Origin: Macrostomum lignano
Lineage: Eukaryota
NCBI GenBank assembly: GCA_002269645.1
Contig: NIVC01000935.1
Span: 1-52,504 of the forward strand
Reading direction: 5' to 3'
DNA length: 52,504 nucleotides
Each line of letters starts with the position of its first letter. The stretch's first letter is position 1. The notes under the pieces were generated by a model. It was given only the letters and a program-made list of their open reading frames with translations. It was not told the origin of the DNA and ran no database searches. The position numbers and the translations under genes were made by a program. Positions 11,241 through 23,066 of the stretch are shown here, piece after piece.

Positions 11241-12947
11241 TAAGCCTGATTGACTGCTCAAAGGCTATAAGCAAAAAGATCTGAGAAAGGCATGCAAGAC
11301 AAAAGCAGTTTATTGCAAAACAACATTTCCTATCTGCAGTCAAGTCGAGTCAGATAACCCAACAGTTGAGTGGGAAAATGAAATGATAATTTTTTGTATT
11401 TAAGGTACACGGGTATAAGGCTACGGACTTACTGCTATCCTTCTTCACACGTAGCTACCAGCTTTAAAAGGACAAAGAAAAAACTAAATTAGATGAGAGA
11501 CGGACAGAATTTAGTACATTAATAAATTGTCTCGAAATAAGCTGTATTGTACAGTATTGGCTAAATTACAATAAGTTGAAATTAAAATACAATACGGGAC
11601 AGACAGATTTACAATGGAGCCAGCCAGTTTTATAAGTATTAAATCAATATAACATTCCCCCAGTTCTATCAAATTTATTATTGATGATAAGCCTAGTTCG
11701 TTTCAGACACAACATATTTTAGGCCACAATACTGAAAATACAAAGCTAGAATTATCGAGCTGCTGCAAAGTTAGCAAAATTTCCATAGGATAAAGGCACA
11801 CCGGGATAGATTGCAGTAGGCCAAGTACTTAATGCATTTTTTTACTTTTTCTATTTGACTTTGACTGCACTACTGTTAGTAGCAAGTGCAAGCGCAGCTT
11901 AGAGCTGACAACTTCAATGAGCAACATCTTACTACTCGTTCTAAATAAAAGTCTCTTAGCACACTAGTCATACTACTTAAATCGCCAGGCGTCAAGTAGA
12001 GCATACTGCGCATTTTTATTAAGTTTATCCTATACCACAGATACTAGAATAACTAGATGGGCCACTCAGCAAATTTGCGAGTAAACTAACTTTCAGTTCA
12101 GTAGTAATTTTAATAGAAGCATTTTATTGTATTTTTAAAGCCAAGGCTCATTTATATTGGCTCCTCCTTACCCGCTGGCTTAAACCCTCCAACCGTGCCT
12201 TTCCATACTAGGTCCCCCGCCCCGCTAATTTTTATTGCCTTTCTCGGAATTCCAGCCTAAAGCTGCCATGTACATTTTTGTGGACTGGCCAATGTACATT
12301 ACTGCTGAACCAATTAGCAAGTTGTTTACGCCTGCAAGCTTTGGCTTCTAAACTTATCAAAGCCATTTCAGCTGGCTTCATTTTTATAAAATAGCTTATG
12401 TATTCTTTGCTACTGAACTGAAAGTAGAAAGCTGTTTTATATATGCCTGAGTGGCCCATCCAGTTATTTTAAAATCTGCGTCCTGTACGAAAAATTAATA
12501 CAAAAATACGATGACAGAGACAGGGGCCTAACAACCTTAAAGAACGGGTCGAAGGAAAGACGACTACAGGTCGATGTGGCTGAGAAGGGTGCAGAATAGG
12601 GCGCGGGGACCGTCTTAAGTTTTTTATAATATTTTGCTAAAAAAATGATCAAAGAAACAAGCAAAAAAGTTAGCACACAAATTAATGCACGAATTGCTAG
12701 CGATGCAGAATTCCGTATATTGCACCCTATTGCGCTTGGCAAAATTAATTAATTATTGGTTCCAAATTAGCTCAGCATTGCTATGCTATGGGGGTTGAGC
12801 GTGAGATCTATAACCCCCCCCCGGTCTATTCAGAAAGCCTAGTGACATAATTTTATTAATATATTGGCGTCTGTCTCCTATATTAACCATTGATTGTCCC
12901 CCTACACGACAGAGCCTATTTATGATTATCTCAGAGAAAGCAATACA

Positions 12948-13598
12948 TCAAGCAGTTGGCCTGGAAGCTGATTGAGCTGTAGTTGTGGCAGGCGCTCCAC
13001 CGCCACCTGTTGCACCTTTTGCTTGCTGCTGCTGCTGCCGCATATTAGCCCGTTCGATATTGCGCTGCAGTCGATGCTGCACTTTTTCAACGTCAAGCTC
13101 GGGCGAAACGGTGCCCGCGGAGTCTGGCATAGTGTGTATTCGAACGTCAACAAAGGCTAAATTGTAATAATGCACGTCGAATAGGCCTGGCCGGCCGCTC
13201 CTGGCCGCCAGCCGGACCACAATGCAGTCACCTATCGGATCGTGCAGCAGCACTTCGGCTCCGCGAATTAATTCGCCAGTCTCGCGTTTAGTTAATTCAA
13301 CAGTCGATCCGGCTGGGAAATATTGATTAGATAGATGCTGCGGCTTGCGCTGGTACTGCTGCTGATGCTGATGTTGGTGATGCTGCAGCGGTGGAGGCGA
13401 TGGAGAAGACACTGAGTGCCTAGCAATGTGAATCTGCTGCTGCTGCTGATGCGACTGCTGAGAGAAGTGAGGCTGCGTGACTCGGGGGATGGTTCTGTTA
13501 TTGCCTGGTCCCGAAGCCAGCTGCTGCTGCTGCTGCTGAGGCTGCTGTGGCTGCTGTTGCGGCTGGTTAACATTGGCAAACGCTCCGTCCACAGACAT
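12948..13598 (-). CDS. LSM12: LSM12-like protein: Q/H-rich N-terminus plus Lsm domain; C-terminal anticodon-binding domain not found
   Basis: YFPAGSTVEL...IRGAEVLLHDPIGDCIVVRLAARSGRPGLFDVHYYNLAFVDV...LDVEKV aligns by eye with LSM12 (YFSVGSQV...GEVVAFDY...SSSGKP...DI.LINL.YVSEV...LNVSKL). The likely ATG is at 13598 (MSVDGAF). The true 3' end is uncertain. Confidence 0.75.
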   Translation of the reverse strand: MSVDGAFANVNQPQQQPQQPQQQQQQLASGPGNNRTIPRVTQPHFSQQSHQQQQQIHIARHSVSSPSPPPLQHHQHQHQQQYQRKPQHLSNQYFPAGSTVELTKRETGELIRGAEVLLHDPIGDCIVVRLAARSGRPGLFDVHYYNLAFVDVRIHTMPDSAGTVSPELDVEKVQHRLQRNIERANMRQQQQQAKGATGGGGAPATTTAQSASRPTA

Positions 13599-14111
13599 TT
13601 TACAGGCGTATGCGTTAGGAAGATAGGAAAAAGATAATAGTTTAGAAGATACCACGTGTATAGCTTTAAAATCGAATTTTATTACCGGCTTTAGTTTGCT
13701 TGGCAACTGTGCTGGAATGTGAAGATTCGCGGTGTTAGTAGCAGATCTACTGGCAAGATGGCCGGTCCCCCCTGACGAAGGTATCAGATTTAGTATTTAC
13801 GAAAGAATGCTTGTTATTCTATTCTTTAGAAAAGCCTAGAGTACTACTATTTTGAAGTCTATGAGTAGTACAAAAATCATTTATGAATTTTGTTTCACAA
13901 TTGCTTTTCTAGCGTAACAATCTAAAGTAAAAGCAGCACTAGAAGGAAATAAAATAAAGAGACAAGTTTCTCCAGCAAATTTTTCAATTCCAAAACAATT
14001 ATTCGTGTTTATTTGTCCACACTCGCTAAATTTTAACTGCTTTTAACACCATACCAGCAGACCAATTCAGTTAATGCTTTACAAGCGAAACACAGAATGG
14101 AGAAAACACTT

Positions 14112-15445
14112 TTACTCCGCTGATTTAGCCTTGGCGCGCATCACCTTCTGCACAATCTTCTGCTCCTCAACTAAGAAGGCGCGAACAATCCTGCGGATTT
14201 GTGGGTTGGGGATGTTATTGCAAGATTGCTACTGCTGAACTAATGTTAGCAATATGGGATTAAGGACCGGATATGAGGATCTGAAGCACCGGATATGGGG
14301 AGAACTGAAGCACCGGATATGGGGGAACTGAAGCACCGGCTGTGGAGGGGAACTGAAGCACCGGATATGGGGGGAACTGAAGCACCGGATATGGGGGGAA
14401 CTGAAGCACCGGATATGGGGGGAACTGAAGCACCGGATATGGGGGGAACTGAAGCACCGGCTGTGGAGGGGAACTGAAGCACCGGCTGTGGAGGGGAACT
14501 GAAGCACCGGATATGGAGGGAACTGAAGCACCGGCTGTGGAGAGGAACTGAAGCACCGGATATGGGGAGAACTGAAGCACCGGATATGGGGGGAACTGAA
14601 GCACCGGATATGGGGGGAACTGAAGCACCGGATATGGGGGGAACTGAAGCACCGGATATGGGGGGAACTGAAGCACCGGATATGGGGGGAACTGAAGCAC
14701 CGGATATGGAGGGAACTGAAGCACCGGCTGTGGAGAGGAACTGAAGCACCGGATATGGGGAGAACTGAAGCACCGGATATGGGGGGAACTGAAGCACCGG
14801 CTGTGGAGGGGAACTGAAGCACCGGATATGGGGGGAACTGAAGCACCGGATATGGGGGGAACTGAAGCACCGGCTGTGGAGGGGAACTGAAGCACCGGCT
14901 GTGGAGGGGAACTGAAGCACCGGATATGGGGGAACTGAGCACCGGATATGGGGGGAACTGAAGCACCGGATATGGGGGGAACTGAAGCACCGGATATGGG
15001 GGAACTGAAGCACCGGCTGTGGAGGGGAACTGAAGCACCGGATATGGGTGGGGGGGACACTGAAGCACCGGATATTGGGGGGGGGGACTGAAAACTGAAG
15101 CACCGGAAAGTAAACAACTGTGAAATCATTGTTAATGGGGTTTGGCTAAAAGGGACATCAATGTACTTTGGCCGCTTACCGCTCAGTGACGCAACGGTGG
15201 CAGCGAGATCCGCCATAGGCCCTGTTGACAGTCTTCAGCCGCTTGGACATGCGACAGCGCTCCATCGGCCTGCTAGGCGTGACGCCGTGCAGTTTAACTT
15301 TGCAATCGCCGCATTTGGGAACGGCGCCCAACTTTTTGCGATAAAGATAGACAAGCCGGCCACCAGGAGTCTTGGACACTGTGCGCCTATTAGACTTGGT
15401 ATTGTAGGACAGGCGGCGCCTTAGGGTGAGTCGCTGGTGAGTCAT
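14112..15445 (-). CDS. RPL34: 60S ribosomal protein L34 (eL34), 114 aa; exons 15445-15180 and 14190-14112
   Basis: MTHQRLTLRRRLSYNTKSN...KTPGGRLVYLY...CGDC...RAYGGSRCHRCVTER | IVRAFLVEEQKIVQKV. The GT-AG intron is phase 2. AATAAA (TTTATT on +) lies at ~14009-14014. Confidence 0.97.
14275..15110. repeat. 24-bp minisatellite (GGGGGAACTGAAGCACCGGATATG / ..GGCTGTG) filling the RPL34 intron
   Basis: About 34 visible tandem copies in two main variants. Confidence 0.96.
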
Positions 15446-15924
15446 CGTTTAATTAGCGGCGGGCTGCAAAGTTATGCGTGGCTGAGTTGAAGGAAAAATT
15501 ATATTACTTTTAGTAGACGTTATAAATTACAAAAAGGAATTAAATATTCAATAAAGTAACTTTGTGTTTTTTCATTGTTTTAACCCTATTGTCAATATTC
15601 AGCTTTAATATAAAACTACATGAATTTTTTATCCTTCTAGTTCTACCAGGTATAAAATGAGAAAAGAATCTTTTAGTTAATATAGAATTAAAAAATTAAC
15701 TACTGAACTAAAGTCAGAATCAGCAGGGTTTTTTCATGTAAGAATTGAATATTTTTTCATTATTTAATATTTTAAATTAAATAGAAATACCTGGCTTAAG
15801 TACTCAAAATTATCATATTCAAAGAGTAATATCAGTAGTTTTACTTTGATATTTACAGCCAAATCATTTAAAAAATTATTCAAAAATATTTTTAGACTAG
15901 TAGTGCATGCTTGGGCACAACCTA

Positions 15925-16040
15925 GGGATTCACCCGGCCATTTCTATTGGCAACACACACATGTAAGTCGCTATTGGATGGAATAGTAGTCACGTGACTG
16001 CTCTGAGCCAATAGCAACTTACATGTGTGTGTTGCCAATA
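15925..16040. mobile_element. Palindromic MITE-like repeat, copy 1 (right arm truncated)
   Basis: ATTGGCAACACACACATGTAAGT...ACTTACATGTGTGTGTTGCCAAT inverted arms around a central GTCACGTGAC; homologous to 19932-20065. Confidence 0.7.
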
Positions 16041-16074
16041 TTGCAGAATGGGTATGCAATATGTATGTTATTGC

Positions 16075-16235
16075 TGCATACTCTAATGTAAATCATTGTC
16101 ACCTGTGCAATGCTCTAAGCATCTGGTTCCCCAAGCATGTGAGCAACGCTGAGCTGATGGCCTAGACCTGCATGCTGCCCTTGGGTCATACTTTGTAGAG
16201 GTGATGCCAGATGTTGATTGTTCACTGCCTAATTA
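16075..16235 (+). mobile_element. Highly degraded RTE-like LINE fragment
   Basis: Translation NALSIWFPKHVSNAELMA*TCMLPLGHTL*R*CQML parallels the fragment at 3060-3410 (SLNIRYP...LMVKTDMPPLSDTLRRRGQRL) and contains in-frame stops. Confidence 0.45.
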
Positions 16236-18289
16236 GGATTTAGGTGTGATTAACTTTTATGATATGACATTAGAAATTGGGTTGTTTAAGAAATAATGTC
16301 TTAGTAATAGCCTGTCTATTATTTATATCTATAGTAGGGCCAATAATATAAAGGGCTACTCAATATTAAGCAAAGTCAAATTTTCAGTGAACAACCATAT
16401 ATATTGAATTATATTATTTATTATGCATAAATCATTACTTGTGCAATCTATATACATCATAACTCCATTTATTATTGTTTCTAATTTATATTGATTAATT
16501 TTTAAATATTATATTAGACCTAATACAAATAGAAGTTTCTTGTTAAAGTTGACACTATTTATGAAGAAACATTAAAATTGATAATAGACTATACAATGTG
16601 GCTAAAAGGGCTGGACGCATGTTTTAATATTGTGTATATATAGAGATAGGGATAGTTTAATCAACACAAGGGTCTATATTGTTTATATAGGTCAAGAGTA
16701 TTGGCATAATAAATTACACTAAAACTAGTACACTAAAGTACACTAAAGTACACTAAAAAGCATCTAAAAACAACCTAATAAGCATCAATGATTTAAAATA
16801 ATTTTTAATATTTATTCATTTTAAAATATAATTAGCCTATTTTGTTGCAAAAATTATTTAAATAATAGGTCTAACTATCTTTTAGCAAAAGGATAGGCCT
16901 AGCTATATTTTTTATACTCAAAATTTGGCATTAAGCCTATTTAACATAATTTATAGCAATCTCCAGTTTATTATATTAATTTTATTAAATTTTTTTTAAA
17001 CTATTCAATTGATTTGTTGATTGCAATGGCTAAAAGACCTAGTAGAGCACTAGGCCTTAACCATAACTATCCTTGATGCTAAAGCTAACCTGAGCCCTGA
17101 GGCCAACTATCAGGCTTATTAACATCAACATTGATGTTACTCTATGGGAACTTGCATTACTAATAGCCAACAAGATATTGATGATTTATTAGTTGGTCAT
17201 ATATAGGCTCTTAAGGAATTTTTTAAGTCTGTCAATGACATTTTAAAATTCTAAAAGTCTAGCCATGTGGCTATGATGAAAAGATAAAGCCTAGTTTATT
17301 GATAGCTACTATTAGTTATGTCTTAATTATAAGAGATAGAAGGCTATCACAAAAAGCAATTTTTTTAGGGCAGCCATCTATCTTTGATAGTACCTTAGTA
17401 CCTTGGATATACTCTTTGGGAACCACCTCAAAAATATCTATGGCTTTAATATACATTTTTAATATTTAAATAGCTATTTTAAAACCAATTAATTTGTTTT
17501 TAATTTTAGGGTAAACAACTTTTTTGAAGAATCATTTTACTTAAATGTTTTTTGTAATTTACAAAGGGGGAATTACAAGGAAATTAGGATAAAGATGATT
17601 ACCCAATTTTAATCCAATATACTAAAAATCAAAACTTCCTATATACTAAAAATGTGATGTTTGATGTGATGATATATATGTGATAGATTAGAGAAAAATG
17701 GCTTAACCGATTTTCATGAGACTTGCACTGTTACATCAGAAATTTTCCCGTGACTGTACATGCATTGTGGCTACGAAATTGCTTGATGCTAAAGGCATTA
17801 AATATTCGAAAAACATGCTTTTTTGCAAAGGTCAAGCAAACTTTTCGACTTGAAATGCATTGTAAGAATTCTAGAGAAAAAACTGACTAGTGGAATTCTG
17901 ATTGTGAAATAGATTGCATCATAACTGAATTGTAACTCCAACTTAAATTGCGTCACAGTATTGAAAATGCAGTGTGGAAGCGTAGCACCAGACTTGATTT
18001 AGATTGCGTAACCATATTGTTAACTGATACTGACTGACTGAAAATTGATTATGTCATAACTGCCTCGTGTGATTTACTCTATGCTTGGAGTTTTGAAACT
18101 GTTGAATTATATATGAGTGCTAAAATTCATGTTATCAAAACGATGAGAGCTAGCCTAGAGGTGAACAGACTGAACTGCCAAATGCAGGGATGCTGGTTTG
18201 AATTTTTAGAGAGTGAAGTTTTTTTAATTGAAGCTTTTTAACATCGGGAAAACTGTAAAAAATCAAAGAAGCATCATGTAAACAATCAT

Positions 18290-19645
18290 AGAAGCGTCAG
18301 GAAAAAATCATAGAAGCGTCATGCAAAAAAATCATAGAAGCGTCATGAAAAAATCATAGAAGCGTCATGTAAACAATCATAGAAGCGTCATGTAAACAAG
18401 CATAGAAGCGTCATGAAAAAATCATAGAAGCGTCATGTAAACAATCATAGAAGCGTCATGTAAAAATCATATAAGTGTCATGTAAAAAATCATAGAAGCG
18501 TCATGTAAACAATCATAGAAGCATCATGTAAAATCATAGAAGCATCATGTAAACAATCATAGAAGCGTCATGTAAACAATTATAGAAGCGTCATGTAAAC
18601 AATTATAGAAGCATCATGTAAACAATCATAGAAGTGTCATGTAAAAAATCATATAAGCGTCATGTAAACAATCATGGAAGCGTCATGCAAAAATCATAGA
18701 AGCGACATGACAAAATCTTAGAAGCATCATGTAAACAATCATAGAAGCGTCATGTAAAAAATCATAGAAACGTCATGAAAAAATCATAGAAGCGTCATGT
18801 AAACAATCATAGAAGCGTCATGTAAAAAATCATAGAAGCGTCATGTAAAAAATCATAGAAGCGTCATGTAAACAATCATAGAAGCGTCATGTAAAAAATC
18901 ATAGAAGTGTCATGTAAAAAATCATAGAAGCGTCATTGTAAAAGTAAAAATCATAGAAGCGTCATGTAAACAATCATAGAAGCGTCATGTAAACAATCAT
19001 AGAAACGTCATGAAAAAATCATAGAAGCGTCATGTAAACAATTATAGAAGCGTCATGTAAACAATTATAGAAGCATCATGTAAACAATCATAGAAGCGTC
19101 ATGTAAAAAATCATATAAGCGTCATGTAAACAATCATGGAAGCGTCATGCAAAAATCATAGAAGCGACATGACAAAATCTTAGAAGCATCATGTAAACAA
19201 TCATAGAAGCGTCATGTAAAAAGCATAGAAGTGTCATGTAAACAATCATAGAAACGTCATGAAAAAATCATAGAAGCGTCATGTAAACAATCATAGAAGC
19301 GTCATGTAAAAAATCATAGAAGCGTCATGTAAACAATCATAGAAGCGTCATGTAAAAAATCATAGAAGTGTCATGTAAAAAATCATAGAAGCGTCATTGT
19401 AAAAGTAAAAATCATAGAAGCGTCATGTAAACAATCATAGAAGCGTCATGTAAACAATCATAGAAGCGTCATGTAAAAAATCATAGAAGCGACATGAAAA
19501 AATCATAGAAGCATCATGTAAACAATCATAGAAGTGTCATGTAAAAAATCATAGAAGCATCATGTAAACAATCATAGAAGCATCATGCAAAAATCATAGA
19601 AGCGTCATGTAAACAATCATAGAAGCGTCATGTAAAAAATCATAG
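18290..19645. repeat. 22-24-bp AT-rich minisatellite (ATCATAGAAGCGTCATGTAAA(C/A)A) with a ~460-bp higher-order duplication
   Basis: Rare variants recur 461-462 bp apart (AGCGACATGACAAAATCTTA at 18701 and 19163; CGTCATTGTAAAAGT at 18931 and 19392). Confidence 0.95.
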
Positions 19646-19931
19646 AAGCCTCATATAAAAACTAATGAAAGTGTCATTTACAAAATGAAGAAGCATTATG
19701 GAAGAAAAAAAGAAGCGTCATGTAAAAATCAAAAGAAGCCTTAAGTCAGACATGAAATGTGTCATGTAAAAATTAAATGAAGCTATAGTGCTTTGCTGGG
19801 GAGAATAAATTACTGAGATGTCAAGGCTCATAGAGAATAACTGAGATTACGGGGGGGGGGGGTTCTGAGATGTCAAAGCAAAAGTCAGAAGCTACTTCAA
19901 AGTTCATGTACTTTCATACATGCGCAACTTT

Positions 19932-20065
19932 GGGATTCACTCGGCCGTTTCTATTGGCAACACACGCATGTAATTCGCTATTGGACAGAACAGTAGTCAC
20001 GTGACTGCTCTCAGCCAATAGCGACTTACATGCGTGTGTTGCCAATAGAAACGGCCGGGTGAATC
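19932..20065. mobile_element. Palindromic MITE-like repeat, copy 2 (complete hairpin, ~134 bp)
   Basis: GATTCACTCGGCCGTTTCTATTGGCAACACACGCATGTA ... TACATGCGTGTGTTGCCAATAGAAACGGCCGGGTGAATC. No clear TSD, so the superfamily is unassigned. Confidence 0.75.
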
Positions 20066-20334
20066 TTGAAGCATGTGTACTTTACTCAATTTTTTATTGC
20101 ATTCTTTGTTGGCTCGCCAAGGGGGGGGGGTGCTGATAGAAGAAGAGTCATGTAAAAAATAAAAGTAGCACTATGTATACATAAAAGAAAAGTCATGTTG
20201 AAGTTAAAAGATTCATTTGGGAATTGCTACGATGTCAAAGCTTGGAGGCAATCGTTATAGTGCTGTGATTCTTAAAGAAGGAATCACTAAAATGCCAAGG
20301 CTTAGGGGAGAAGAATTGCTGTGATTTCAAGGCT

Positions 20335-21321
20335 TTAGGTTGGGTTAAATTTAGGTTTAGGTTAGGTTTGGGTTGAGGGTTAGATTTTAGCGGGTTTCAA
20401 GGTTAACAGGGGATTTTTCAGATTTCAAGGTTTATGGGGGGCATTGCTGACATGTCAAGGCTCACAGGGGAATAACAAATGTCAAGGCTAAAGTCAAAAG
20501 CTACATGTAGTCCATTGAAAACTTTTTATTTCATTATTTGATGCCTCCTTAGGGGAGGGATTGCTGATAGAAAAATCATAATATAAAATATAAAAGAAGC
20601 TTTATGTCGAAGTTAAGAGATTCATTTGGGAATACCTACGATGTCGAGGCTTACAAGGAATTGCTATAATGCTATAGTGCTATAATGACTCTTGGAGAGA
20701 ATTACTGAAATGTCAACTCTTTAGGGTTAGGGCTAGGGTTAGGGTTAAGGTTAGGCTAGGGTTAGGGTTAGAAGGTTGACAGATCTTTTTAGATTTCAAG
20801 GCTTATTGGGGGCATCTCTAAGATGTCGAGGGGGGAAGTTGATATGTTAAAGCTTGTTGGGCGAATTACTGACATGTCAAGGCTTACAAAGGACTTCTGA
20901 TGTATATTGCAAAGAGATGCTACATGTAGTTTATTACAAAACTTGTACTGCATTTTTGGCTCCCCAATGCTAAGATACTAAGCTAAAAAATACTACTAAT
21001 GCTTCACAAACTTATGCAGATGTCAGGCTGTAGGGTTAGTGTTAGGGTTGGTATTAGGGTTTAGATTTAGGGTTTATGTTCTGGGTTATAGCATTAAGAT
21101 TCGGGTTAGGGTTAGGGTTAGATTTAGGGTAGCTTAGGCCTATAACGTAGCTCATATAGCTTATTAAAAATGTTTATTGTGGAAGTGTCATGCAAAAATA
21201 ATGGATACGTCATGTAAAAATCATGGAAGCGTCATGCAAAAAATAATGGAAGCGTCATGCAAAAACTCATGGACAAAATATTAAATTTGGGGTTATGGTT
21301 AGGGTTAGGGTTAGGGTTAGA
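20335..21321 (+). repeat. Four patches of degenerate TTAGGG-like repeats (~20335-20390, 20721-20771, 21030-21131, 21289-21321)
   Basis: Short TTAGGG/TTAGG/CTAGGG runs are interspersed with a recurring GATGTCAAGGCT motif. They are interstitial, not a chromosome end. Confidence 0.8.
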
Positions 21322-23066
21322 AGTTTGACATGATATTTTTTAAGATTTCAAGGCTACATATGTAGCTTATTAAAAAACGTGTATTTTTATTTCTTTGGCT
21401 CCCCAATGGGGGGCGTAGATTGCTAGTACTATCTATATGCAAAAACTACTAATTGTAAAAATGCCTTTAAATGCAGTGATAGGCCCTAGTGATAGGGGTT
21501 AACTAAAGTTAAAGAACATAAGAAAAAGATAAAAATCTTCAATTTTAATGCAAAGCCAAAGGGCCTAAACAGAACAAGATTAGGAAGTTTTAAGTCTCTC
21601 CAAGGATTAGGCCATAGTCTCGAAGATAAGCCTACTATAGGCCTATGTCAAAATTTTCTAATTTAAATACTGGACTTGAATGGGGCTTTGGAAAACAGAT
21701 TGGTATACATATATAAAGGTGATCAACATGGGCCTTAGCCTTACATGGCTGGCATACAGATTGCCAATCTGATTGGCATATCAATCAATTTCAGATATAA
21801 GTAATGTGATATGATATATACTATTGTTGTAGGTTGTATTGATCATTGATATAATTTCAGGAATGTTTTTTGCTTGTTAAGAATCATTTTGGTTATGGCA
21901 GAACTCCATTACATTACAATAAAGTCCAAAAGACTATTGCCATAGGGCATTGGCATTGGACGTGTAGATTTATAAAATTACTACTACTAGCCTACATTGA
22001 AGCAATCATATTATGTTAATTAGGACTACAATACAATACAATATATATAACCATAGATAGGCCTATGATATAACACTTCGTTAAAAGTTTAGCTTTCTAA
22101 AAATTCACAACATTTTGGACCGAAACTCTTTTGTCTTCAGAGCTGATGCATCGCCGATGATAGCTAAGCCGCTAAGCGGAGCTCGGTCGGTTCCATTCCT
22201 AATTTCCTATAGCTGGGTAAATCTCAAATTGAAATATACGTAAGTTATAAACAAATTTTTTCTTTCAGCATGAATTTAATTGTTAAACCAGAAGTATTTG
22301 TACGATGTACGAGCTACGTGGTTTTAAATTTTCGAAGTTGTTTAAATTAATGAAAGTAAGATTCCATGTGATAAAACAAAATTTATATCAATACAAAGCA
22401 TTTTAATTGACAAAACAATAAATCAAAAACTATTTAGTGGCAAGTGCATGTGTTAAAACGGTAATAAATTAAACCATGAAATAATATAGAATACAATAGG
22501 TGATATCATGATATCATGAGTGTTGCATAAAAAAGCTATAAAATAATCAGAAATGGTTTACAAAATCCAAGGAATATGCAACCTGGGTCCCCTATTATTC
22601 CACTTTTAGCTAGGCCTATGGCATTAGATAGTCTAGCTCACGATAGTGAACTATTTTTAATAAAATTTATAGCATATTAACTATAAAATAAGCCTACTTA
22701 TAAATTTTTCTTCTTTAAAGTAAAAAAAATGAAAAAGGTTGTCCAAGTCAATATTTATATTGTCTTAAAATTGTTAGGCCTAGCTTAGCATATAAATTAT
22801 GCTTTGATATAGAACTATAAGGTTATAATTTTTGTGCAAAATAAATTTAAATCTTATATTAGATATAGTAGAAATGGAGGGCAAGTGGGACTATATCTTT
22901 ATCTTTGCAAGTTTTAAGCACAATGTATTATTCATACTTATACTAGGCACTATATAATATAATTATAAGAAGCTATAAGAGTACTTTGCTATTTTCACTT
23001 TGCCTTGTTTATTATTACATCATTTAATTTCAAATTAAAACTAATAACATTCATGAGTCTACTACA

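Noticed and set aside
12232-12742. Possible missing LSM12 AD-domain exons (SLEAK.., PAPYS..)
   Set aside because: The motif resemblance is weak and the two pieces are in the wrong order for the domain.
20335-21321. True telomere or chromosome-fusion site
   Set aside because: The runs are short, degenerate and single-orientation, with no head-to-head CCCTAA junction.
22105-22175. Possible hammerhead ribozyme (GAAAC...GTC...CTGATG)
   Set aside because: The core reads CTGATGC rather than CTGANGA, and stems I and II cannot be built convincingly.
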